A stretch of DNA of 64,000 nt from Escherichia coli (lineage in GTDB: Bacteria > Pseudomonadota > Gammaproteobacteria > Enterobacterales > Enterobacteriaceae), in NCBI RefSeq assembly GCF_046105845.1, contig NZ_CP151004.1. One strand, 5' to 3'. This document shows, one piece after another, positions 17,003-28,372 of this stretch (within the stretch, counting starts at the first letter, position 1; the number at the start of each line of letters is the position of its first letter). A program made the position numbers and the translations under genes. Under the pieces are notes generated by a model, which saw only the letters and a list, made by a program, of their open reading frames with translations, was not told the origin of the DNA and made no database searches.

Positions 17003-18825
17003 ACAGTCTGATTTCCCTGCGGGTTGATCGGTAAAATAAGCGTGAAGGTTGCGCCGTAGCCCGGCAAACTGGCGACGCGAATATCACCCTGATGGGCATT
17101 AATGATGCGTTGACTTAACGCCAGACCAAGCCCGGTTCCTGAGGCTTTGGTGGTGAAAAAGGGATCGAAGATCTTTTTTTGCAGCGAGAGATCAATGCCA
17201 CAGCCGTTGTCCTCTATCGAAATGGCCTGTTGTGAGTCGCTGTATTGCCAGGTTTGAATGCGAATTTTCCCTCGTGCGCTGATAGCCTGGACGGCATTGA
17301 TCAGGATATTCAGTAGTACCTGTTTGAGCAGTTCACGATCGGCGTTAATCGGGTTTAATTCATTATCCAGTTCGCTTATGAAGTCGACCCGCGCTTGTAC
17401 GCCAGCGGTTTGTACCAGTACCAGAGTTTCTTCAACCAATGCATTGAGGCTGACTTGTTGCCATTGACTGTGGCGTGGACGTGAAAATTCGAGCAATTGC
17501 TGAATAACTTTGTTAATTGAATCGATTTCTTTGAGTACTACGGACAGATATTCCTGATGTATTGGGTCACCGGTTTGTTGGCGCAAGATCTGTACATAAC
17601 CACGAATAGCCGTTAGCGGATTACGTACTTCATGCGCGACGCCAGCCATCAGCTCACCCAGTGTGGCGAGGCGTTCTGCTTGCGCCATGCGGCGCTGGGT
17701 TTCTTTGCGGGCAGTTAAATCAGAGAAAATCACCAAAGCACCTATCATTTCACCATGCGTGTTATGAATACGACTGGTAGTGACACTGAGTTCAATGGTG
17801 CGGTCACGGCCTGGAAAACTGATCTCCAGCGCTACATGTTCGGTGCCATGTTCCAGCGTATCCAGTACTGGACTGTAGAACTGAGTATGGTCGAACAACA
17901 TGGAGTAAGGCTGCCCTACCAGTTCATGACGTTGATAGCCAGTGATGACTTCTGCTGCCGGGTTCATGGTGGTTACATCACCCTGGCGGTCAATGGCAAT
18001 GACGCCATCGGCAGCGTTTTCAATAATCAGATCGTTGAGTGTCCGCGTTTCACGCAGTGCCTGGGCGAGGTTGTTAACACTCTGACTGATTTGCCCCATT
18101 TCACCGGGCAATTGTGGTAATCGAGTGGGAATATTTTGCGCCAGAGTCGAGAGGCCATCGGTGATGATATCAATATTGGCGCTCAGGCGACGGGAGAAAA
18201 GGACAATCAACAGCAGGCTTATCAGCAAACCGGCGGTGAGCACAATGATAATCCTCACATCCATTCTCCAGGCCTGGCGGCGAATATCTTCGGTTAATTC
18301 ATTGGCCCAGATATAGCCGAGGATTTCACCATTACGCTCAATGGGGAGCATTGAATTCAAAATATCGCCGCGCACCTGCCTGCCTGAATAAACCAAAGGG
18401 GTATTTGTACGCATGACTTCGCGACCAGGGTGATCTGCGGCAATGGTAACGCCGACATTATTCTGATATAGCGCTGAAGGCGCGTAGGTGATTATCGCAT
18501 CCAGCGTTTTGTTGTAATAACCAGCGCCGATGCCAGGGAAGGCGTGAGTGATATTTTCGGTAATGGGGGCAAGTTCTGCATTTAATGCGCGGATACGCTC
18601 CTCACGTGGTAAGTCGATGTAGAGATCATAGCGATCGCCTAGTGCCTGATTAAGCAGGTTGACCACGGCAGAAAGTTTTTTCTCTTTTTCAGATAAGACT
18701 GCTGAACGTCCTTCCGTTTCTACGATATAACCAATAGTAAGCGTTGGGACAATGACCATCAGGATTGCCATCAGGATCATTTGATTGCGTAAGCGGCGTG
18801 GATAAATCCACTTCATATAATGCAT
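16999..18825 (-). CDS. atoS: Sensor histidine kinase AtoS, 608 aa
   Basis: ORF track 16999..18837 (GTG start); start set at ATG 18825 (MHYMKWIYPRR...); H-box AHEVRNPL; overlaps atoC by 4 nt. Confidence 0.9.
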   Translation of the reverse strand: MHYMKWIYPRRLRNQMILMAILMVIVPTLTIGYIVETEGRSAVLSEKEKKLSAVVNLLNQALGDRYDLYIDLPREERIRALNAELAPITENITHAFPGIGAGYYNKTLDAIITYAPSALYQNNVGVTIAADHPGREVMRTNTPLVYSGRQVRGDILNSMLPIERNGEILGYIWANELTEDIRRQAWRMDVRIIIVLTAGLLISLLLIVLFSRRLSANIDIITDGLSTLAQNIPTRLPQLPGEMGQISQSVNNLAQALRETRTLNDLIIENAADGVIAIDRQGDVTTMNPAAEVITGYQRHELVGQPYSMLFDHTQFYSPVLDTLEHGTEHVALEISFPGRDRTIELSVTTSRIHNTHGEMIGALVIFSDLTARKETQRRMAQAERLATLGELMAGVAHEVRNPLTAIRGYVQILRQQTGDPIHQEYLSVVLKEIDSINKVIQQLLEFSRPRHSQWQQVSLNALVEETLVLVQTAGVQARVDFISELDNELNPINADRELLKQVLLNILINAVQAISARGKIRIQTWQYSDSQQAISIEDNGCGIDLSLQKKIFDPFFTTKASGTGLGLALSQRIINAHQGDIRVASLPGYGATFTLILPINPQGNQTV

Positions 18826-18991
18826 GCTGAAATCCACTAGTCTTGTCCGGTATATGACGATTATCAGAGGTTAAGGTGATGATTTCTCGGCGGTGTATCA
18901 TATTCCAGAGAAGAGAGAACATTGCGGTAACACGCTTTTACCGCTACCTTAACCACACTCCATCGGTCACCTGAGGCGGAGCTTCGCCCCT

Positions 18992-21841
18992 TTGAAATAC
19001 CTTGCTTCTTTTCGTACAACCCTGAAAGCCTCGCGCTACATGTTCAGAGCATTGGCGTTAGTGCTCTGGCTGTTGATTGCTTTTTCATCCGTTTTTTACA
19101 TCGTTAATGCGTTACATCAGCGAGAATCGGAAATTCGTCAGGAATTTAATCTGAGTTCCGATCAGGCTCAGCGCTTTATTCAACGTACCTCTGATGTGAT
19201 GAAAGAGCTGAAGTACATCGCTGAAAATCGCTTATCGGCAGAAAACGGTGTGCTTTCCCCGCGTGGACGAGAAACGCAGGCGGATGTGCCTGCGTTTGAA
19301 CCGCTGTTTGCCGACTCCGATTGTTCCGCAATGAGTAACACCTGGCGAGGCTCTCTGGAGTCATTGGCGTGGTTTATGCGCTACTGGCGCGATAATTTCT
19401 CTGCGGCTTACGATCTCAACCGGGTATTTTTAATCGGCAGCGATAACCTCTGCATGGCCAATTTCGGTCTGCGTGATATGCCAGTGGAACGCGATACCGC
19501 GTTGAAAGCGTTGCATGAACGCATTAATAAATATCGAAATGCACCACAAGATGATAGTGGCAGTAACCTCTACTGGATCAGCGAAGGTCCGCGCCCTGGC
19601 GTCGGGTATTTTTACGCGTTGACGCCAGTTTATCTGGCGAACCGGTTGCAGGCGCTTTTGGGTGTCGAGCAGACTATCCGGATGGAGAATTTTTTCTTAC
19701 CTGGTACGTTGCCGATGGGGGTTACCATTCTTGATGAAAATGGTCATACCCTGATTTCGCTTACCGGACCAGAAAGCAAAATTAAGGGCGATCCTCGCTG
19801 GATGCAGGAACGCTCCTGGTTTGGCTATACGGAAGGTTTCCGGGAGCTGGTGCTGAAGAAAAATCTGCCTCCCTCATCGCTAAGCATCGTTTATTCGGTG
19901 CCGGTTGATAAGGTGCTGGAACGCATTCGCATGTTGATCCTTAACGCAATTTTGCTGAATGTGCTTGCCGGAGCTGCATTGTTTACTCTCGCGCGGATGT
20001 ACGAGCGGCGTATTTTCATTCCGGCGGAAAGCGACGCCTTGCGACTGGAAGAACATGAGCAGTTTAATCGCAAGATTGTCGCCTCCGCGCCAGTGGGTAT
20101 CTGCATTTTGCGTACCGCTGATGGCGTCAATATTTTAAGTAACGAACTGGCGCATACCTATCTCAATATGCTTACGCATGAGGACCGCCAACGGCTGACA
20201 CAAATTATCTGTGGGCAGCAGGTCAATTTTGTTGATGTCCTGACCAGTAACAATACCAATCTGCAAATCAGCTTCGTCCATTCGCGCTATCGTAATGAAA
20301 ACGTGGCCATTTGTGTGCTGGTGGATGTTTCTTCGCGCGTGAAGATGGAAGAGTCGTTGCAGGAGATGGCACAAGCAGCGGAACAGGCGAGCCAGTCAAA
20401 ATCGATGTTCCTTGCCACCGTCAGTCATGAGCTGCGAACGCCGCTGTATGGCATTATCGGTAACCTGGATCTGTTGCAAACCAAAGAGTTACCGAAAGGC
20501 GTCGATCGTCTGGTGACGGCAATGAACAACTCTTCCAGCCTGTTGTTGAAAATTATCAGCGATATTCTCGACTTCTCGAAGATTGAATCGGAACAGTTGA
20601 AGATCGAACCACGTGAGTTTTCACCGCGTGAAGTGATGAACCACATCACCGCCAACTATTTGCCGCTGGTGGTACGCAAGCAGCTAGGCTTGTACTGCTT
20701 TATTGAACCGGATGTGCCAGTGGCCTTAAATGGCGACCCAATGCGTTTACAGCAGGTCATCTCCAACCTGTTGAGTAACGCCATAAAATTCACCGATACC
20801 GGCTGTATAGTTCTGCATGTTCGCGCTGATGGCGATTATCTCTCTATCCGCGTTCGCGATACCGGCGTGGGTATTCCAGCGAAAGAAGTGGTGCGCTTGT
20901 TTGATCCCTTCTTCCAGGTCGGAACGGGCGTACAGCGTAACTTCCAGGGGACCGGTCTGGGGCTGGCGATTTGTGAAAAACTGATCAGCATGATGGACGG
21001 CGACATCTCGGTAGATTCAGAACCGGGAATGGGCAGCCAGTTTACCGTGCGTATTCCGTTGTACGGCGCTCAGTACCCGCAGAAAAAAGGCGTGGAAGGG
21101 TTGAGTGGTAAACGCTGCTGGCTGGCGGTCCGCAATGCGTCGCTCTGTCAGTTCCTGGAAACCAGTTTGCAGCGCAGCGGCATCGTCGTTACAACATACG
21201 AAGGGCAGGAACCGACTCCCGAAGATGTGTTAATCACTGACGAGGTAGTGAACAAAAAATGGCAGGGTAGAGCGGTAGTGACCTTCTGTCGTCGCCATAT
21301 TGGTATTCCGCTGGAGAAAGCGCCAGGGGAGTGGGTACACAGTGTGGCTGCCCCGCATGAGCTACCGGCATTGTTGGCGCGTATTTATTTGATCGAGATG
21401 GAGAGCGACGATCCTGCTAACGCTCTGCCGTCGACGGACAAAGCGGTCAGCGATAACGACGATATGATGATTCTGGTCGTGGATGATCATCCGATTAACC
21501 GGCGTCTTCTGGCAGATCAGTTGGGATCGTTGGGCTATCAATGTAAAACCGCGAATGATGGCGTCGATGCGCTTAATGTACTTAGCAAGAATCATATTGA
21601 TATCGTGCTTAGCGACGTCAACATGCCAAATATGGATGGTTACCGCTTGACGCAACGCATTCGTCAGTTGGGACTGACGTTGCCGGTAATCGGAGTAACT
21701 GCTAATGCGTTGGCTGAAGAGAAGCAGCGGTGTCTGGAGTCCGGTATGGACAGCTGCCTGTCGAAGCCGGTAACGCTGGATGTGATAAAACAGACGCTAA
21801 CGGTATATGCCGAGAGGGTCAGGAAATCGCGGGATTCGTAG
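18992..21841 (+). CDS. rcsC: Hybrid sensor kinase RcsC, 949 aa
   Basis: TTG start (no in-frame ATG upstream before a stop); H-box VSHELRTPL, C-terminal receiver domain. Confidence 0.95.
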   Translation: MKYLASFRTTLKASRYMFRALALVLWLLIAFSSVFYIVNALHQRESEIRQEFNLSSDQAQRFIQRTSDVMKELKYIAENRLSAENGVLSPRGRETQADVPAFEPLFADSDCSAMSNTWRGSLESLAWFMRYWRDNFSAAYDLNRVFLIGSDNLCMANFGLRDMPVERDTALKALHERINKYRNAPQDDSGSNLYWISEGPRPGVGYFYALTPVYLANRLQALLGVEQTIRMENFFLPGTLPMGVTILDENGHTLISLTGPESKIKGDPRWMQERSWFGYTEGFRELVLKKNLPPSSLSIVYSVPVDKVLERIRMLILNAILLNVLAGAALFTLARMYERRIFIPAESDALRLEEHEQFNRKIVASAPVGICILRTADGVNILSNELAHTYLNMLTHEDRQRLTQIICGQQVNFVDVLTSNNTNLQISFVHSRYRNENVAICVLVDVSSRVKMEESLQEMAQAAEQASQSKSMFLATVSHELRTPLYGIIGNLDLLQTKELPKGVDRLVTAMNNSSSLLLKIISDILDFSKIESEQLKIEPREFSPREVMNHITANYLPLVVRKQLGLYCFIEPDVPVALNGDPMRLQQVISNLLSNAIKFTDTGCIVLHVRADGDYLSIRVRDTGVGIPAKEVVRLFDPFFQVGTGVQRNFQGTGLGLAICEKLISMMDGDISVDSEPGMGSQFTVRIPLYGAQYPQKKGVEGLSGKRCWLAVRNASLCQFLETSLQRSGIVVTTYEGQEPTPEDVLITDEVVNKKWQGRAVVTFCRRHIGIPLEKAPGEWVHSVAAPHELPALLARIYLIEMESDDPANALPSTDKAVSDNDDMMILVVDDHPINRRLLADQLGSLGYQCKTANDGVDALNVLSKNHIDIVLSDVNMPNMDGYRLTQRIRQLGLTLPVIGVTANALAEEKQRCLESGMDSCLSKPVTLDVIKQTLTVYAERVRKSRDS

Positions 21842-21921
21842 GACGGATAAGGCGTTTACGCCGCATCTGGCATTCAGTGCAAATGCCAGATGCGACGCTG
21901 ACGCGTCTTATCTGGCCTACA
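21842..21921. repeat. REP/BIME element (two inverted REP units) between convergent rcsC and rcsB
   Basis: gacggataaggcgtttacgccgcatctggca ... tgccagatgcgacgctgacgcgtcttatctggcctac, the canonical GCCGGATG/CTTATCCGGCCTAC-type REP. Confidence 0.8.
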
Positions 21922-21926
21922 GATGA

Positions 21927-22577
21927 TTAGTCTTTATCTGCCGGACTTAAGGTCACAGAAGAGAGATAATTCAGCAGAGCAATATCGTTCTCGACACCCA
22001 GCTTCATCATCGCAGATTTCTTCTGGCTACTGATGGTTTTGATACTGCGGTTCAGCTTTTTAGCGATCTCGGTCACTAGGAAACCTTCCGCAAACAGGCG
22101 TAGAACTTCACTCTCTTTTGGCGAGAGACGCTTGTCACCGTAACCACCAGCACTGATTTTTTCCAACAGGCGAGAAACGCTTTCCGGGGTAAATTTCTTC
22201 CCTTTCTGCAGCGCGGCGAGAGCTTTCGGCAGATCGGTCGGTGCACCTTGTTTCAGCACGATCCCTTCGATATCCAGATCCAATACCGCACTAAGAATCG
22301 CCGGGTTGTTGTTCATAGTCAGAACAATGATCGACAGGCTTGGGAAATGGCGCTTGATGTACTTGATTAAGGTAATGCCATCGCCGTACTTATCGCCAGG
22401 CATGGAGAGATCGGTAATCAACACATGCGCATCCAGTTTCGGCAGGTTGTTGATCAGTGCTGTAGAGTCTTCAAATTCGCCGACAACATTCACCCACTCA
22501 ATTTGCTCAAGTGATTTGCGAATACCGAACAAGACTATCGGATGGTCATCGGCAATAATTACGTTCATATTGTTCAT
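21927..22577 (-). CDS. rcsB: Response regulator RcsB (LuxR/FixJ family), 216 aa
   Basis: ORF track 21927..22622; start set at ATG 22577 (MNNMNVIIADDHPIV...). Confidence 0.95.
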   Translation of the reverse strand: MNNMNVIIADDHPIVLFGIRKSLEQIEWVNVVGEFEDSTALINNLPKLDAHVLITDLSMPGDKYGDGITLIKYIKRHFPSLSIIVLTMNNNPAILSAVLDLDIEGIVLKQGAPTDLPKALAALQKGKKFTPESVSRLLEKISAGGYGDKRLSPKESEVLRLFAEGFLVTEIAKKLNRSIKTISSQKKSAMMKLGVENDIALLNYLSSVTLSPADKD

Positions 22578-22593
22578 GTAATAGGCTACCTTG

Positions 22594-25266
22594 CTACAGC
22601 AAGCTCTTGACATAACTGTCAATGTCGCTGATGTATTTTTCTATTCCTGAAACATCCTTCTCACGAATCAGATGTTCCAGCGTTTCACATAACTGCTTGC
22701 CGGGTACCAGATTTAGCATGGCAAATACGCCTTTAAGACGATGAGCCGTTTGGGCTAACGCAGCAAAGTCACTGGTTGCTGCTTCAGTATACAGCCTCTT
22801 AACATCATCCGGTACTGTGTCTACAAAGAGCGCATAATAGCCGCTGGCATGGAGTTGCGCATTTTCATCTCCGCCCAGAGGCGATTCTGTCACCTCTTCC
22901 TGCGCCAGTTGCACTTCAATTAATTGTAAGACCGCTTCCTGCATAGCGTTGCTCATATTGAAGTTGACGCACAATTGACCAGGCCCAATTTCCCGTACGC
23001 CAGACTCATCATCGCTTAAAAGCAAGCCAGAGGCAGTAAGATTAGACGGATTATCCGTTAAAAAGATATCATAATCTTGACTAATTAATCTTTCATCGGG
23101 TGTGATACAGGTTGCACCCCAATTTTCTAACTGGCGAGTGACAATATTCCGAATTTCTGCCGAAGTAACATCCACCATTACGCAGACATCATCCAGTAAT
23201 CGCTCTTCTTCCTCTTCAACTTCCGGGTCAGCTGCGAGCATTTTGATATGCACAGAGTAGCGTGTACCAAGCCCATCCCGCGTTTTGATGTTTAAATGAC
23301 CGCCCAGTTTACGCGCCAGTTGATCGCTCAGCCAGAATGCCAGCGGGTCCGCCTTGCCATAGCGATCGTTTTGGGTCTGGTTGATAAACGGGAAGTGCAA
23401 ATTATCCATTTCATGAATGCTTACGCCTTCTCCGGTGTCCAGAATGCGGAACGTCAGGCGGTCTTCGGAGGACTCATCCTGATCAACCTCAAGGGTGATT
23501 TTTCCCAATTGCGTTGAGGTCACGGCATATTGCATCAGTAACAGCAAAATACGTCGTAAGGCATCGCGATCGCCGCGGCGCATATCGTGTGCTTTCAGAT
23601 GATTGTTAATCAGCAGTTGCAGACCTTTACGCTTGATGGCAGGCAACACTGAAGGCACAACTTCATCAATCAAATCCTGCACGGAGAACAGCACCGTCTC
23701 ACTTTTCCAGCTATCGTCCGCAAGCATGTTCGCTAACTGTATTTCATCGACCAGCCGCACCAGCACATCAGCCTGATTCGCCAGTTGTTTGCTTTCCGGG
23801 GCGTTGAGTTTAGCCGCGCTCTCCGCCAGGGACTGTGCGGGTTCTTTCAGCGCATCGCCAATGTTTTTCATAAAGGTCATCCGCCCCTGCTGGTTTTTCT
23901 CATACAGACGCTGCGCCTGCTTGAGTTTCTTGTTTACCAGCACTTCGCGATCCTGATCGCGAATAATGAAAATTTGTGTGCGCGGCGCGACCTGGCTGCG
24001 GAACATGCGGATCTCATACAGCTCGTTATTGATCGTCGCCTGAATAATCCCCTGATGCTGTTCCGCCATGGTGGTGATGTTTTGCAGATTCAAATGCGGC
24101 AGCAAATGATCGGCAATTTTGTTACTTATGACAGTGCGGTTCGATTCCTGATCGTGAACCAGCAGGCCGAGCGGCAGCAGTGAGACTATCTCTTCATTGA
24201 TTGCCCGTAAAATGCGCAATTCGTTATTGACCGCCGAGCTGGGGACGTTTTCTGTACTGCGGCTGGAGAAATGGCGGAATGTGGTATAGCCAAATAACGC
24301 CAGCGCCAGCAAACCGATATTCAGCAGCAGTGGCAGCAGAATGTTTTGCAACGTATCCAGCAATAAGGTGCCATAAGGAACCTGCCAGACCAGGCGCATA
24401 TCGGTAGAGTTGAGTGCCGAGGAGATTTCAATCTTCGTACTGTTAAAGTGGATACTGACGCTATCCGTCCCTTCTTTCTCATTATCATTGTTTCCCGTTG
24501 CCGTCGCGTCTGGCTCAAGGCGGAAACTGTCCAGCGGCATACCCGGTGGGATCAAATCATTAATCGGCAGATCAAAAGCCACGACCGTTGCCAGATGTCC
24601 CGGCTGGTTGAACGTGGTACGCAAGGTAAAGTAATGACCGTTCTGCCAGGCCAGGCGGCGCATGTTAGAAAAGCTTTCGCGTTCATCGAGGGCGTTGGCC
24701 TGTTGCAACATCTCTGCACGACGTGAATCAACAATGTCGCTGACGGTCGATTCTTTAAATCCGGAGGTGAGATCTTTAAGGGGCAGGGTTGAGATCAGCA
24801 CCAGACTGTTATCCTGACCATTCAGGTAATACATCGACCACGGTACATTTTCTGCGCCCCACAATGTGTCCAGATAGGTGGACATCCGTTGAGTCATCTC
24901 AAGCGTTGAGTTGTCGTGAGAGCCAAAGATTAACGCTTCCGTTTTGCGGCGTGGTTTCTCCAGATAGTAGACATCCTGTTTCAGGCGCGTCTCTTGTAAA
25001 CCTTCGCCGGAGGAGGGGGAGGTCGTCGCGGCAATGTTGTCGTAGATCTGCCAGGTCACGTAACGCCAGGTATCGACGCGCTTTTGGATAGCGTGGGTAA
25101 TGTCGACAATCTGGTAACTTTTATCTTTCAGCCAGGCGTTAACGGCGCTTTGTACCATTACCCCCATCGTCACCAGTAACACAATGATCAACAGTAAAAA
25201 GAAGCGGGTAATGCTCCCCGGTAGGAGTGAAAAGCGGGTCGTGGCCGTTGTCTCTTTCTGACGCAT
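22594..25266 (-). CDS. rcsD: Phosphotransfer intermediate RcsD (YojN), 890 aa
   Basis: 890-aa ORF with N-terminal transmembrane segments and C-terminal HPt domain; immediately upstream of rcsB. Confidence 0.93.
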   Translation of the reverse strand: MRQKETTATTRFSLLPGSITRFFLLLIIVLLVTMGVMVQSAVNAWLKDKSYQIVDITHAIQKRVDTWRYVTWQIYDNIAATTSPSSGEGLQETRLKQDVYYLEKPRRKTEALIFGSHDNSTLEMTQRMSTYLDTLWGAENVPWSMYYLNGQDNSLVLISTLPLKDLTSGFKESTVSDIVDSRRAEMLQQANALDERESFSNMRRLAWQNGHYFTLRTTFNQPGHLATVVAFDLPINDLIPPGMPLDSFRLEPDATATGNNDNEKEGTDSVSIHFNSTKIEISSALNSTDMRLVWQVPYGTLLLDTLQNILLPLLLNIGLLALALFGYTTFRHFSSRSTENVPSSAVNNELRILRAINEEIVSLLPLGLLVHDQESNRTVISNKIADHLLPHLNLQNITTMAEQHQGIIQATINNELYEIRMFRSQVAPRTQIFIIRDQDREVLVNKKLKQAQRLYEKNQQGRMTFMKNIGDALKEPAQSLAESAAKLNAPESKQLANQADVLVRLVDEIQLANMLADDSWKSETVLFSVQDLIDEVVPSVLPAIKRKGLQLLINNHLKAHDMRRGDRDALRRILLLLMQYAVTSTQLGKITLEVDQDESSEDRLTFRILDTGEGVSIHEMDNLHFPFINQTQNDRYGKADPLAFWLSDQLARKLGGHLNIKTRDGLGTRYSVHIKMLAADPEVEEEEERLLDDVCVMVDVTSAEIRNIVTRQLENWGATCITPDERLISQDYDIFLTDNPSNLTASGLLLSDDESGVREIGPGQLCVNFNMSNAMQEAVLQLIEVQLAQEEVTESPLGGDENAQLHASGYYALFVDTVPDDVKRLYTEAATSDFAALAQTAHRLKGVFAMLNLVPGKQLCETLEHLIREKDVSGIEKYISDIDSYVKSLL

Positions 25267-25577
25267 TCGTGTTTATGACCTGTTAAAACTTCGCGAAGTG
25301 ATAGGGCAGTATAAAGGGTACAGTGTGAAATTCCAGACTCTTACCTGATTGATGATTTTCTATTCTCCCGTGATATTTATCATCCTGCATTGGGGGAAAT
25401 AGATGTACAAGCGCCATTTTGCTGTACAAATAACCTACAAAAAGCCCAACGAAATTAATTGCAAATAAACGAAGATTGCTGGAAATTATGCTGATGTTAA
25501 TTATTTGTGAAATAGTTAACAAGCGTTATAGTTTTTCTGTGGTAGCACAGAATAATGAAAAGTGTGTAAAGAAGGGT

Positions 25578-25670
25578 AAAAAAAACCGGATGCGAGGCAT
25601 CCGGTTGAAATAGGGGTAAACAGACATTCAGAAATGAATGACGGTAATAAATAAAGTTAATGATGATAGC
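25578..25670 (-). ncRNA. micF: MicF antisense sRNA (93 nt), divergent from ompC
   Basis: Minus strand reads GCTATCATCATTAACTTTATTTATTACCGTCATTCATTTCTGAATGTCTGTTTACCCCTATTTCAACCGGATGCCTCGCATCCGGTTTTTTTT, matching remembered micF including its terminator hairpin and U-tail. Confidence 0.9.
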
Positions 25671-25825
25671 GGGAGTTATTCTAGTTGCGAGTGAAGGTTT
25701 TGTTTTGACATTCAGTGCTGTCAAATACTTAAGAATAAGTTATTGATTTTAACCTTGAATTATTATTGCTTGATGTTAGGTGCTTATTTCGCCATTCCGC
25801 AATAATCTTAAAAAGTTCCCTTAAA

Positions 25826-25920
25826 TTTACATTTTGAAACATCTATAACGATAAATGAAACATCTTAAAAGTTTTAGTATCATATTCGTGTTGGATTATT
25901 CTGCATTTTTGGGGAGAATG
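25826..25920 (+). promoter_or_regulatory. ompC promoter with tandem OmpR boxes
   Basis: Three tandem ~20-bp boxes (tttacattttgaaacatcta, acgataaatgaaacatctta, aagttttagtatcatattcg), then -35 TTGGAT (25891-25896) and -10 GAGAAT (25915-25920). Confidence 0.8.
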
Positions 25921-25989
25921 GACTTGCCGACTGATTAATGAGGGTTAATCAGTATGCAGTGGCATAAAAAAGCAAATAAAGGCATATAA

Positions 25990-27132
<1,143 letters not shown>

Positions 27133-27150
27133 TCTCGATTGATATCGAAC

Positions 27151-27174
27151 AAAGGGCCTGCGGGCCCTTTTTTC
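27151..27174 (+). terminator. Rho-independent terminator of ompC
   Basis: aaagggcc-tgcg-ggcccttttttc hairpin plus T-run. Confidence 0.8.
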
Positions 27175-27243
27175 ATTGTTTTCAGCGTACAAACACAGTT
27201 TTTTGGTGTACTCTTGCGACCGTTCGCATGAGGATAATCACGT

Positions 27244-28299
27244 ATGGAAATAAGCTTTACCCGCGTGGCACTGCTGGCTGCCGCGCTCTTCTTTGTTGGT
27301 TGCGATCAAAAACCACAACCCGCCAAAACCCACGCTACTGAAGTTACCGTTCTTGAAGGCAAAACCATGGGTACCTTCTGGCGTGCCAGCATCCCGGGCA
27401 TTGACGCCAAACGCAGTGCCGAACTTAAAGAAAAGATTCAGACCCAACTGGACGCCGACGATCAGCTGCTTTCGACCTATAAAAAAGATTCCGCGCTGAT
27501 GCGCTTTAACGACTCGCAAAGTTTGTCGCCGTGGCCAGTAAGTGAAGCGATGGCCGATATCGTCACCACCTCGCTACGCATTGGCGCGAAGACCGATGGC
27601 GCGATGGATATAACCGTCGGGCCGCTGGTGAATCTGTGGGGCTTTGGCCCGGAACAACAGCCGGTTCAAATTCCGAGCCAGGAACAGATCGATGCGATGA
27701 AAGCCAAAACCGGCTTACAGCACCTGACGGTCATTAATCAGTCGCATCAGCAATATCTGCAAAAAGACCTGCCGGATTTATATGTCGATCTCTCTACCGT
27801 CGGTGAAGGTTATGCGGCGGATCACCTGGCTCGCTTGATGGAGCAGGAAGGGATTTCCCGCTATCTGGTATCGGTGGGAGGTGCGCTGGACAGCCGTGGT
27901 ATGAACGGTGAAGGCCAGCCGTGGCGGGTAGCGATTCAAAAACCAACCGATAAAGAAAACGCGGTTCAGGCTGTGGTGGATATCAACGGTCATGGCATTA
28001 GCACCTCTGGCAGCTACCGTAACTATTACGAACTGGACGGCAAACGCCTTTCCCATGTTATCGATCCGCAAACCGGGCGTCCCATCGAACACAATCTGGT
28101 ATCCGTGACGGTGATTGCCCCGACGGCGCTGGAAGCCGATGCCTGGGATACTGGCTTGATGGTGCTGGGGCCGGAGAAAGCCAAAGAGGTTGTTCGCCGG
28201 GAAGGGCTGGCGGTTTATATGATCACCAAAGAGGGCGATAATTTTAAAACCTGGATGTCGCCGCAGTTTAAAAGCTTCCTTATCAGCGAAAAAAATTAA
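27244..28299 (+). CDS. apbE: FAD:protein FMN transferase (ApbE/Ftp) lipoprotein, 351 aa
   Basis: Lipobox FVGC in the signal peptide; length and synteny match ApbE. Confidence 0.9.
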   Translation: MEISFTRVALLAAALFFVGCDQKPQPAKTHATEVTVLEGKTMGTFWRASIPGIDAKRSAELKEKIQTQLDADDQLLSTYKKDSALMRFNDSQSLSPWPVSEAMADIVTTSLRIGAKTDGAMDITVGPLVNLWGFGPEQQPVQIPSQEQIDAMKAKTGLQHLTVINQSHQQYLQKDLPDLYVDLSTVGEGYAADHLARLMEQEGISRYLVSVGGALDSRGMNGEGQPWRVAIQKPTDKENAVQAVVDINGHGISTSGSYRNYYELDGKRLSHVIDPQTGRPIEHNLVSVTVIAPTALEADAWDTGLMVLGPEKAKEVVRREGLAVYMITKEGDNFKTWMSPQFKSFLISEKN

Positions 28300-28305
28300 A
28301 GCGCA
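28293..28305 (+). promoter_or_regulatory. Ada box (AAANNAAAGCGCA) in the ada promoter
   Basis: aaattaaagcgca about 70 bp upstream of the ada ATG, overlapping the apbE stop codon. Confidence 0.65.
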
Positions 28306-28372
28306 AGATTGTTGGTTTTTGCGTGATGGTGACCGGGCAGACTAAAGGCTATCCTTAACCAGGGAGCTGATT

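Noticed and set aside
21842-21921. Possible CRISPR-like repeats (also at 33676..33798 and 53912..53950)
   Set aside because: The units are imperfect palindromes in inverted orientation with the canonical REP sequence, not direct repeats separated by unique spacers, and no cas genes are present.
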